Notes: generated from the letters alone by a model not told the origin. DNA of 64,000 nt from an uncultured Chloroflexia bacterium (GCA_963746855.1 CAVVDC010000011.1:11047-75046), one strand, 5' to 3'. Positions 45,201-52,423 are shown, counted from the first letter of the stretch. Program-made: numbers and translations.

Positions 45201-45531
45201 CGCTCGCGGCGGCGACGCTCACGCCGGCAACGGCCGCTCCGACCTCGTCCGCACGATCGCCGGCGATCCGGCCCCCGAGGGACCGCGCCCGGACACGTTC
45301 GGCCTGAGCGGACGGGAGCGAGAGGTGCTCGTCCTGGTCGCCCAGGGGCGGACCAACCGGGAGATCGGGGAGCGGCTGTTCATCAGCCAGAAGACCGTCG
45401 GCGTCCACGTCGGGAACATCCTGGCCAAGCTCGAAGTCTCCGGTCGCGTCGAGGCCGCCGCCGTGGCCATCCGGCTGGGCCTGACCGACCGGGCCGAATC
45501 TCGCGGTGTCGGGGCGCGCCGGGGTCCGTGA
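42265..45531 (+). CDS. large ATP-binding LuxR-family (LAL/MalT-like) regulator
   Basis: ATG 42265 in the frame of ORF 42127..45531, 1088 aa. N-terminal P-loop-like GPAGVGIS, Walker B-like IVLVLEDLHRAD, a long helical/TPR-like middle, and a C-terminal LuxR HTH ...LSGREREVLVLVAQGRTNREIGERLFISQKTVGVHVGNILAKL... Confidence 0.85.
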   Translation: MPGRYTSARYVGREGAFVRLASVLDDAIRGRARAMLLSGPAGVGISRFLDEAIARIGGLPEPMRVLRGGAMPAGTDEPYGPVVRSVGPALDALSDDDLDAVLGPAAPDIARIMPSVAARLEAAGQGPLARHEGAPERRQARALEGVLGTLGRLGEREPIVLVLEDLHRADAATRALVTFLARIASDQRLALIVSDQPNIVPSDDPWMSAVASIVASPRPLERLALPVLDRGELAALIEGIEGERASASLLLLVSERSGGSPLVAEEMLAARRELPTISLTGSLDELVMSRLAIRSLECRRVLRLLAPAGRPLAAERLAAIAADFEVETDRPAPRTVSGQRRGDGILGGDLAAGLEEGIEHGFLVERDDAIGFRHELIGAAVERDLLPLARTRHHAALAAGLVDLPAAAAHHWLEAHDAGAARDAAIAAAAFAAKRHAAADELAALELALALSDQAKGYDRTRRRSERAAAIRASDRAELQERAAIAAFAIGRTSRASAFLESAIGALDARRDRVRAGLMYDQLAHIRRAAGDSAGARAASQRAVSLVPRDPSPERATVLASLAQLYMVDGIFSDGQRLAREAIKVARACDPVARDQEIHATTTLGVALAWGRDPNAAIELLREAERAAREIDDPDALFRITANLTTVLDLVGRRAEAVDVAYRGIDDARRAGLEAVYGNFLAGNVAESLILLGRWAEARVLGMRALAWQPVGVVFLMTMVQMAALEIETEAGERAARLLGQTVLEFDALREPQLAGPYYLAAASYALWRGDVADAGRSVDRGWAVVRTTEEWVLAARMAAMVTQVDAATGAEARDRRQLAPLAAARTRTAEVLQTAVDLVEAGGAPPSAGSRKVAEAYLATARGFQRRLEGDDDPAVWAKVATMWQALSAPYEVALARWRQAEATMAMDGARAGRTRARKPLVESVRLAVGLEARPLLRNLRELAGRARIELPEEVDRVLGEVPTVMAASSSATTAPAAARGGDAHAGNGRSDLVRTIAGDPAPEGPRPDTFGLSGREREVLVLVAQGRTNREIGERLFISQKTVGVHVGNILAKLEVSGRVEAAAVAIRLGLTDRAESRGVGARRGP

Positions 45532-45548
45532 TCCCTTGGACGCCAAAA

Positions 45549-45573
45549 GACCCGGAGGGAGGGTCTCCGGGTC
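45549..45573 (-). terminator. intrinsic terminator (hairpin plus U tract on the minus strand)
   Basis: GACCCGGAG-GGAGGGT-CTCCGGGTC forms a 9-bp stem. It is preceded on the plus strand by AAAA (45545-45548), which is UUUU after the hairpin on the minus strand. Confidence 0.6.
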
Positions 45574-45650
45574 TCCTGGATCGCCGATGACCTGATCCGG
45601 ATGGGCTCCGGGCCAAGAGGCGAAATGAGGCAGCTAGATGAAGATGATTC

Positions 45651-45752
45651 CTAGCGCCACTTGACGCCGGCCGCGAGGGCCAGCGCGACCGCGACGAGCG
45701 GTCCGACCGTGACAGCGAGCTTCCAGGCCCGTGTCGCGTAGTCCTTGATCAT
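45651..45752 (-). CDS. 33-aa small membrane peptide
   Basis: Too short for the ORF track. MIKDYATRAWKLAVTVGPLVAVALALAAGVKWR*. 30 of 33 codons end in G/C. GGAG RBS about 10 nt upstream. It has its own promoter and terminator candidates. Confidence 0.5.
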   Translation of the reverse strand: MIKDYATRAWKLAVTVGPLVAVALALAAGVKWR

Positions 45753-45816
45753 CGGGGTGGGCTCCGATCTCGAAGAAGGGACACGACCACCCCGGATTCA
45801 GGGCGGTGGATTGCGG

Positions 45817-45845
45817 AGCCTATGGGCACGCACCGTGGATGGCAA
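45817..45845 (-). promoter_or_regulatory. candidate promoter of the small peptide gene
   Basis: The minus strand reads TTGCCA (45845-45840), 17 nt, TAGGCT (45822-45817). Confidence 0.4.
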
Positions 45846-45978
45846 CCGGGCCGATGGTACTGGTGAGGACTGGTACCCCCCACCGAACACGACATCGAGC
45901 CGGTCCCCGCGGTAGATTCGCGGCATCACATCGGCCGCCCAGGCCGCTCCCTGCGACACGAAAGGGGTCCCCAGGCCC

Positions 45979-46473
45979 ATGCGTCCTGTCCGACTCGCCC
46001 TGATCGCCGCCCTCTCGCTCCTCGCCGTCGGCGCCTGCACGAGTGCGTCGGCCGGCTGGACGTACACGCCGGCCCCAGCAGCCACGCCGGTCGCCAGCGC
46101 CGCCGCATCGGCCGGGGCTTCCGCCGCCCCCTCCGCCGGTGCGTCCGCCGCCGCGTCGGCCGGTGCCTCGGCGGCGCCCTCGGCCGGGGCCGGCGGCGCG
46201 GTCGTGACCATCGTCGCCTCGGGCGTCAAGTTCACGACCCCCACCGTGACGGTGCCCGCCAACACCGCCTTCACGCTCGAGTTCGACAACCAGGACGCGG
46301 CCACCCCGCACGACGTCCAGATCAAGGACGCCTCGGGCAGCCAGGTGTTCAAGACCGACACCTTCCCGGGCGTCGCCAAGCGCAGCTTCCCGGTCCCCGC
46401 CCTGGCCGCCGGCAGCTACCCCTTCGTGTGCACCATCCACTCCAACATGACCGGCACCCTGACGGCGCAGTAA
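45979..46473 (+). CDS. cupredoxin (type 1 copper, plastocyanin/amicyanin-like) lipoprotein
   Basis: Lipobox LLAVGAC and an Ala/Ser linker. Candidate copper ligands: His in ...ATPHDVQI... and C-x2-H-x2-M in ...FVCTIHSNM... Confidence 0.8.
   Translation: MRPVRLALIAALSLLAVGACTSASAGWTYTPAPAATPVASAAASAGASAAPSAGASAAASAGASAAPSAGAGGAVVTIVASGVKFTTPTVTVPANTAFTLEFDNQDAATPHDVQIKDASGSQVFKTDTFPGVAKRSFPVPALAAGSYPFVCTIHSNMTGTLTAQ
46096..46197 (+). repeat. imperfect tandem 24-bp units encoding (SAGASAAx)n
   Basis: Encodes SAAASAGASAAPSAGASAAASAGASAAPSAGAGG within the cupredoxin linker. Boundaries approximate. Confidence 0.6.
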
Positions 46474-46483
46474 CCCCGTCCCG

Positions 46484-47227
46484 ATGACCGCGACCGGCGA
46501 GCAGCTCTGCTATTCGGATGCCTACCTGCGGACGGTCGAGGCAAGGGTCGTCGCCGTGGAGTCAGGCGATGCCCACCTGGTCACGCTCGATCGGACCGTG
46601 TTCTACCCGGGCGGCGGCGGGCAACCGTCCGACCGCGGGCTGCTCCTGCGGGCGTCCGACGGGCGCACGTGGACCGTCCGCGCCGCCCGCAAGTCCGCGG
46701 GCGAGATCGTCCATGAGCTGGAGCGGTCCGACGGCGACCCGCCGGCGATCGGCGACGTCCTCCAGGCCGACCTCGAGTGGGCACGCCGCCTGACGCTCAT
46801 GCGGACCCACACCGCCCTGCACGCGCTGTGCGGCGTCGTGTGGCGCGACTACCGCGCGCAGGTGACCGGGGGCAACATGGAACCGGGGTCGGGCCGGATG
46901 GACTTCGAGTTCGAGCGGATGAGCGGCGACCTCGTCGACGCCATCGAGGCGACCGTCAACACGGAGCTCGCGGCGGCGCGCGATGTCCGGGTCAACGTCC
47001 TGCCGCGCGCCGAGGCGTTCGCGATCCCGGACCTGATCCGGACGAAGATCAACCTGCTCCCCGAGGGCATCGAGGAGATCCGGACGATCGAGATCGTCGG
47101 GCTCGACCTGCAGGCCGATGGCGGGACGCATGTGGCGAACACCCGCGAGGTCGGCGGCATCCGGGTCACCGGCTACGAATCGAAAGGCCGGATCAACAAG
47201 CGCATCCGCATCGAGCTCACGGACTGA
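46484..47227 (+). CDS. alaX: alanyl-tRNA editing protein (AlaX-type)
   Basis: ...TVFYPGGGGQPSD...MRTHTALHAL (HxxxH)...DGGTHV... Second-additional-domain pattern. Confidence 0.8.
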   Translation: MTATGEQLCYSDAYLRTVEARVVAVESGDAHLVTLDRTVFYPGGGGQPSDRGLLLRASDGRTWTVRAARKSAGEIVHELERSDGDPPAIGDVLQADLEWARRLTLMRTHTALHALCGVVWRDYRAQVTGGNMEPGSGRMDFEFERMSGDLVDAIEATVNTELAAARDVRVNVLPRAEAFAIPDLIRTKINLLPEGIEEIRTIEIVGLDLQADGGTHVANTREVGGIRVTGYESKGRINKRIRIELTD

Positions 47228-47233
47228 CCGAGG

Positions 47234-48202
47234 TCACCCGGGCAACAGCCTGCGAGAGCCTGGGGTCGGATCGAACGCGACCCAGCCATGACCGGGGAAG
47301 TAGACCTCGACCCAGGCATGGGCGTTGCTGTTGCGGATCACCTCCAGGGTCGAACCCGGGCTGCGTTGCCCCGGCAGGAATCCCTGCACGACGCGGGTCG
47401 GCACGCCGACATCCCGCAGGACCACCGCCATCGTCATCGCGTATTGGACACAGAATCCGCGCTTGGACGTGGCGAAGCATTCCGGAACCGACATCGCCCG
47501 GCAGTCGACGCCCTGCAGCTCGACGTCGTACTTGTACGCTGGACCGCCGAGCAGCTCCACCAGTCGGTCCGCGAGATCGATCGGCGCGTTCGAGCGCGCG
47601 GTGCGGACCATCTCGTCCCGAAGGGCGCCGAGATTCGGCCCGAACATGCCCGGGACCTCCGCCGTGTACAGCGCAGCGACCTCCGGCGGGTAGACCGTGC
47701 CGGCGGCGCGCAGCGCCGACTCGTCGGCCGTCCCGGGCGCGCCCGCGTCAGCCTGAACGAGGGCCGTGACCGTGTAGGGACCGCGGCCGTCGAGCTCGAT
47801 CATCGAGAAGAATCCGCTCTCGCCCACCGTGGTCAGCCCGACGGCTCGGTCGACTTCGATCGGCGTCGCGGGAGACAGCAAGATCGGGTTGGTGAGCGAC
47901 ACCGGCTGAACCGTGAATGCCAGGCGACGCTGCCCGGCTGGGGCGACATCCTCGGCCATCCCGGCGAACAGGCTCGTCGCGGGCGGTCGCGTCGTCTTGG
48001 TCGGGTGGCTCACATTCGCGCCGTGCGTGTCGATGCGGTCGTAGGCCACGGCGCGCCAGTAGAAGTCGCGGTCGTCAGACGGGTCGCGCTCGATCGTGAC
48101 GGCCACGTCGGGACTGTCGATCCATCGCTGGCCGTCGATCGAGCCCAGTGGCGCCGCCTGGGCCAGGTCCGTCCGGCGAGCGCCGAGGGAGAACGGCGAC
48201 AA
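47234..48202 (-). CDS. transglutaminase-like cysteine protease domain protein (probably the 3' part of a frameshifted gene)
   Basis: ...DRDFYWRAVAYDRID... followed by a Cys-His-Asp core: ...KRGFCVQYAMTMAVVLRDVGVPTRVV...NAHAWVEVYFPGHGWVAFDPTPG. The TTG start at 48202 comes 2 codons after an in-frame TGA, and there is no signal or anchor of its own. Confidence 0.75.
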   Translation of the reverse strand: MSPFSLGARRTDLAQAAPLGSIDGQRWIDSPDVAVTIERDPSDDRDFYWRAVAYDRIDTHGANVSHPTKTTRPPATSLFAGMAEDVAPAGQRRLAFTVQPVSLTNPILLSPATPIEVDRAVGLTTVGESGFFSMIELDGRGPYTVTALVQADAGAPGTADESALRAAGTVYPPEVAALYTAEVPGMFGPNLGALRDEMVRTARSNAPIDLADRLVELLGGPAYKYDVELQGVDCRAMSVPECFATSKRGFCVQYAMTMAVVLRDVGVPTRVVQGFLPGQRSPGSTLEVIRNSNAHAWVEVYFPGHGWVAFDPTPGSRRLLPG

Positions 48203-48398
48203 GGATCACCGCTGCGGCGATCGCGAACGCGATCGGGCGGGACCGGACCGAAACGAATCGTCGGGGCATCCGCGATCCTTGCGCCATTCGCCGGGTTCGG
48301 TCGAACGTCTCGGCGAGGACCCGATCCGCGGAGCCGACAGGTGCCGTCGCCGCCAGCCAAACCTGGACACGCTGCTCGGCGTCGTCATGGGTGATCAT
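48075..48398 (-). CDS. anti-sigma-like N-terminal module plus TM anchor (probably the 5' part of the same frameshifted gene)
   Basis: ATG (complement 48396-48398) overlaps the sigma gene stop (ATGA). MITHDDAEQRVQVWLAATAPVGSADRVLAETFDRT... is followed by the TM RPIAFAIAAAVILVAV. After the TM the frame turns Arg/Gly/Pro-rich until the stop at 48075. Confidence 0.5.
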   Translation of the reverse strand: MITHDDAEQRVQVWLAATAPVGSADRVLAETFDRTRRMAQGSRMPRRFVSVRSRPIAFAIAAAVILVAVLPRRSPDGPGPGGATGLDRRPAMDRQSRRGRHDRARPV

Positions 48399-48949
48399 CG
48401 TGCGACACCGTCCGTCGTGGCGACAGGCGCCCGTTCGTCCGCCTCCAGGGCGGCCCGAAGCGCTTCGACCGCGTAATGGATCCTTGACTTGGCCGTCCCG
48501 ACTGGGAGGCCCAACGCGTCGGCGACCTCGGGGACCGTCAGCCCCAGGTAGTAGCGAAGGACGACGACGGCTCGTTGATCCCGCTTCAGCTGCCGGAAGC
48601 CACGGTCGAGCTGATCGTGGTCGGCGATCCATGGAGCGTGATCACCGGCCACGGGTTCGGTCCACGCCATCTGAACCTCCCGCGCCTGTCGGAGACGGTG
48701 CCGGCCTTGATCGGCGCAGGCACGAACGATGAGCCGGTGGAGCCATGCGTCCCAGCGTTCGGGATCCTTCAGGTCGGGAAGTCCCAGCCACGCACGGACG
48801 AGCGCTTCCTGCACGGCGTCCTCCGCTCGTGGGGTGTCGCGAAGGACCAGCCGTGCAAACGTCAGGAGCCGCGCACCGGCGGCCGACGCGAGGACCTCGA
48901 ACGCCTGGTGATCGCCACGCTGTGCCGCTTGAACGAGATCGCGCTGCAC
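48395..48949 (-). CDS. ECF-type RNA polymerase sigma factor
   Basis: 184 aa. ...AQRGDHQAFEVL...AEDAVQEALVRAW... and region 4 ...QRAVVVLRYYLGLTVPEVADALGLPVGTAKSRIHYAVEALR. Confidence 0.9.
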   Translation of the reverse strand: MQRDLVQAAQRGDHQAFEVLASAAGARLLTFARLVLRDTPRAEDAVQEALVRAWLGLPDLKDPERWDAWLHRLIVRACADQGRHRLRQAREVQMAWTEPVAGDHAPWIADHDQLDRGFRQLKRDQRAVVVLRYYLGLTVPEVADALGLPVGTAKSRIHYAVEALRAALEADERAPVATTDGVAR

Positions 48950-49134
48950 TGTTCGCTCCGCTTGGCGACGGGTAGCCAGCCCACTCGACAGTACATGACG
49001 AGTTTCGCCGGGCGACCGTTCAAAGAATGCCGGTGCTGATCGATCGCGAGCGCCAGCGGCTGGCGGGCCGCCTGTTCGCCCGCGAGCTGCTGGAGAAGAT
49101 CCGCGTGACCGGTCGGCGGTCCTAGACTGGCGCC

Positions 49135-49809
49135 ATGGACCTCGAGCTCGGACAGCAGGTCGCGCTGGCGCTGCGCCTCCTCGAAGCCGCGGCCCTGGGC
49201 GCCCTGATCGGCCTCGAGCGCGAGATCCACGAGCACTCCGCCGGGATGCGGACGCACCTGCTCGTGTCGGTCGGTTCAGCGGCGTTCACGGTCCTCTCGA
49301 TCGAGGCGTTCAAGTCCCCCGGCTCCGACCCGTCCCGGGTCGCCGCCCAGATCGTGACGGGCGTCGGCTTCCTGGGGGCCGGGGCGATCCTCAAGGAAGG
49401 GGCCAACGTCCGCGGCCTGACGACCGCCGCCAGCCTGTGGGCCGTCGCCGCCGTCGGGATGGCGGCTGGGGCCGGCGCCTGGGGCGTGGCCGTCGTCGTC
49501 ACCGTCATCGTGATCCTGTCGTTGTGGCCGCTCCGGCGCCTGACCAACCGGTTCGTCGGGCGCGAGCAGCATCGACTCCTCCTCACGCTTGCCGTGGCCG
49601 ACCCGCATCGGCTGGGCGCCGTGGTCGAGGCGATCTCGGCCCATGGCGGGGCGATCGCGCACCTCGACTCCGCGCATGCGCCGGGAAGGGGCCTGACGGC
49701 CGATGCCGAGGTCCGGCTGCCCGACGTCGCGGCCGGCGTGGGACTGACCGCCGCGATCGCGTCCCTCGACGGCGTCGAACTGATCGGATCGCGAGCCGTC
49801 GGCGACTGA
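49135..49809 (+). CDS. mgtC: MgtC/SapB family protein
   Basis: ...LGALIGLEREIHEHSAGMRTHLLVSVGSAAF...QIVTGVGFLGAGAILKEG..VRGLTTAASLW... Confidence 0.85.
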   Translation: MDLELGQQVALALRLLEAAALGALIGLEREIHEHSAGMRTHLLVSVGSAAFTVLSIEAFKSPGSDPSRVAAQIVTGVGFLGAGAILKEGANVRGLTTAASLWAVAAVGMAAGAGAWGVAVVVTVIVILSLWPLRRLTNRFVGREQHRLLLTLAVADPHRLGAVVEAISAHGGAIAHLDSAHAPGRGLTADAEVRLPDVAAGVGLTAAIASLDGVELIGSRAVGD

Positions 49810-49853
49810 TCGGGGGCTGGCGACGGCGTTGCCGGTTGTGTCACGATCGGTGG

Positions 49854-50969
49854 ATGCCGCCCCTGCCGATCCCGGTCCTGGCGACGCCCCTCGTCCGCCG
49901 CGTCGCGTGGCACATCCGACGGGTCGGCGGGAAGGTCGATCGGCGGTTCTTCCTGACCCTCGCGGAGGGCATCGTCATCGTCGTCATCATCGCGGCGATC
50001 GCCATCACGCTGCTCGAGAAGCCGGTGACGTTCGAATCGCTCTTCGATTCGTTCAATTGGGGATTCGCCACGGTCCTCGGGCAGGGCAACGCCGGATTCG
50101 TCACGTCACCGGGTGGACGCGTCGTCGGCTGGTTGCTCATCCTGTTCGGGGTCGCCATGCTCGGCATGATCACGGGCGCCCTCGTGGCACTGGTGATCGA
50201 TTTCCTCTTGAAGGAGGGCCAGGGGTTGGGAGCGTCCGGCTACAAGGACCACATCGTCGTCTGCGGCTGGAATACGACCGCCCGCGACCTGATCGAGGAA
50301 CTGCGCGGCGACGACTACAAGCAGAGGGTCGTGGTCATCGCGAACGCGCCCAAGAACCCGGCCGGCAGCGGCGTCTACTTCGTGAGCGGCGATGCGACCA
50401 ATGCCGCCGACCTCGCCCGGGCCGGGATCGAGGAAGCCGCCTCCGCCCTGATCTTCCCGACCAATTCCTCAGACGACGCGGACATGCACTCGATCCTGAC
50501 CGTCATGGCCATCGAGTCGGTGGCGCCGGGCGTGCGGACCGTGGCCGAGGTCAACAACCCGCGCCACGAACCACACTTCCAGCGGGCGGGTGTGGACGAG
50601 TTGCTGGTCACCTCGAAGATCGCGTCGCACCTGCTGGCTCGATCGGCGCTGTACCCGGGCCTGTCGCGCCTCGTGACCGACATCGTCTCGGGCGGGGAAG
50701 GGTCCGAGCTCTACCGGATCACGCTGCCCGACGCGTACCTCGGACTCTCGATCGACGAGGTCGCGACCAGGCTCCGCGTCGAGCATCGAGCCACGCTGCT
50801 CTCGATCAACCGCGGCGGGCATGCGTTCATCAATCCCGGGTCCGACTTCCGCCTCGAACCGCAGGACGACGCCGTGGTCGTGGCCGAATCCCTCGGCACG
50901 CTCGCGCCGCTGCAGATGCACGACACCACGACGCCACCGAAGACTGCGTCGGTGGTGCCGAGCGCCTGA
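49854..50969 (+). CDS. two-TM ion channel with C-terminal RCK/TrkA-N domain
   Basis: ATG 49854 in the frame of ORF 49437..50969. Pore region ...FNWGFATVLGQGNAGF... The RCK domain has HIVVCGWNTTARDLIEEL. Confidence 0.8.
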   Translation: MPPLPIPVLATPLVRRVAWHIRRVGGKVDRRFFLTLAEGIVIVVIIAAIAITLLEKPVTFESLFDSFNWGFATVLGQGNAGFVTSPGGRVVGWLLILFGVAMLGMITGALVALVIDFLLKEGQGLGASGYKDHIVVCGWNTTARDLIEELRGDDYKQRVVVIANAPKNPAGSGVYFVSGDATNAADLARAGIEEAASALIFPTNSSDDADMHSILTVMAIESVAPGVRTVAEVNNPRHEPHFQRAGVDELLVTSKIASHLLARSALYPGLSRLVTDIVSGGEGSELYRITLPDAYLGLSIDEVATRLRVEHRATLLSINRGGHAFINPGSDFRLEPQDDAVVVAESLGTLAPLQMHDTTTPPKTASVVPSA

Positions 50970-50992
50970 GGTCGTCCCGGCGCCCGGACCGC

Positions 50993-52420
50993 CTAGAGGG
51001 CCTTGACGGCCGCCGTCAGCGAGGCCAGCCCGTCCTTCGCGTCCGCGAAAAGCATGCCGGTCTTGGGGTCGGTGTAGAGCTCGTTGTCGATGCCCGCGTA
51101 GCCCCGGCCCATCGAGCGCTTGATGACGACGATGGACTTCGCGTGATCCACGTCGAGGATCGGCATCCCCGAGACGGGCGAGCCGGGCCGCCGCGCGGCG
51201 GGGTTCGTCACGTCGTTGGCGCCGATGACCAGCGCCACGTCGCAGCGGTCGAACTCCGGGTTGATGTCGTCCATCTCCTTCAGCTGGGGGTAGGGGACGT
51301 TGGCCTCGGCCAGCAGCACGTTCATGTGCCCCGGCATCCGGCCGGCGACGGGATGGATCGCGTACTTGACGTCGACGCCCCGGGACTCGAGCAGCTCGGC
51401 CAGCTCGCGGACGGCGTGCTGGGCCTGGGCCACGGCGAGGCCGTACCCGGGCACGATGATCACCGAGCTCGCGTACGCCAGCTGGATGGCGACGTCGTCA
51501 GCGCCGACCTCGCGGACCGTGCCGCCGGCGCCGGCCACGGCGGCCTGGGTCCCTTCGCCACCGCCGAACCCGCCGAGCATGATGTTGATGACCGACCGGT
51601 TCATGGCGTCGGCCATCAGCTTGGTCAGGATGGCGCCCGACGCCCCGACCAGCGCACCGGCGATGATCAGGACCGGGTTGTCGAGCACGAAGCCCGCCAT
51701 CGCGACCGCCGTGCCGGTGAACGAGTTCAGGAGCGAGATGACCACCGGCATGTCGGCCCCGCCGATCGGCAGCGTCATCGTGACGCCGAAGACCAGGGCG
51801 GCGAGGAGGATCAGGCCCATGACCGGCAGGCTCAGGTTGCCCGCCCAGAGGTAGACGGCACCGACCACCACGATCAGCGCGAGTGCCGCGGTGACGAGTC
51901 GGCCGCCCGGGATCATGACCGGGCGTGACGGGGTGATGCGCAGGCCCATCAGCTTCCCGGACGCGATGAGCGAGCCGGTGAAGGTGATGCTGCCGATCAC
52001 GATGTCGAGGACGGTGGCGACGTTGACCTGGAGCGACGGCGCGGCCTGAAGGCCGAGGTAGTCGTCGATGGCGATGAGCGCGGCCGCGCCGCCGCCGACG
52101 GCGTTGAACAGCGACACCAGCTGCGGCATCGCGGTCATCTTCACGGTCCGCGCCGTGTAGAGGCCCGCCCCACCGCCGACGGCGACGCCGATCCCGATGA
52201 TGATCCAGGTGCTCGCGCTGATGCCGTCGCCGAGCAGCTGCTGCGAGAGGATGAGAACGGCGGTCGCACCGATGGCCAGCGTCATGCCGCCGGCCGAGAC
52301 GAGGTTGCCGTTGCGGGCCGTGGCTGGCGAGTTCATCCGCATCAGGCCGATGACGAATGCGCCGGCGCCCAGGAGCCAGGCGATGCGGACGAGGACTTCG
52401 ATGGTCCCGAGCGTGGTCAC
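50993..52420 (-). CDS. pntB: NAD(P) transhydrogenase subunit beta
   Basis: 475 aa, multi-TM N-terminus. The C-terminal dIII has ...IVPGYGLAVAQAQH...YAIHPVAGRMPGHMNVLLAEA... Confidence 0.9.
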   Translation of the reverse strand: MTTLGTIEVLVRIAWLLGAGAFVIGLMRMNSPATARNGNLVSAGGMTLAIGATAVLILSQQLLGDGISASTWIIIGIGVAVGGGAGLYTARTVKMTAMPQLVSLFNAVGGGAAALIAIDDYLGLQAAPSLQVNVATVLDIVIGSITFTGSLIASGKLMGLRITPSRPVMIPGGRLVTAALALIVVVGAVYLWAGNLSLPVMGLILLAALVFGVTMTLPIGGADMPVVISLLNSFTGTAVAMAGFVLDNPVLIIAGALVGASGAILTKLMADAMNRSVINIMLGGFGGGEGTQAAVAGAGGTVREVGADDVAIQLAYASSVIIVPGYGLAVAQAQHAVRELAELLESRGVDVKYAIHPVAGRMPGHMNVLLAEANVPYPQLKEMDDINPEFDRCDVALVIGANDVTNPAARRPGSPVSGMPILDVDHAKSIVVIKRSMGRGYAGIDNELYTDPKTGMLFADAKDGLASLTAAVKAL

Positions 52421-52423
52421 GTC

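Noticed and set aside
38627-45600. Integrated mobile element at the tRNA
   Set aside because: I see no integrase, recombinase or transposase ORF, no copy of the tRNA 3' end found by eye near the block's far end, and no visible compositional shift. It is kept only as a low-interest observation.
48950-49134. Mg2+ (M-box) riboswitch upstream of mgtC
   Set aside because: No M-box-like conserved segments are recognisable. The region is short and also has to hold the divergent sigma promoter.
49437-49853. 139-codon upstream extension of the channel ORF
   Set aside because: It overlaps mgtC in another frame with Arg/Gly-rich translation. ATG 49854 gives a sensible N-terminus just after the mgtC stop.
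49829-51928. 699-aa plus-strand ORF across the channel and pntB genes
   Set aside because: It is out of frame with the channel gene and antisense to pntB. The translation is Arg/Gly/His/Asp-rich.
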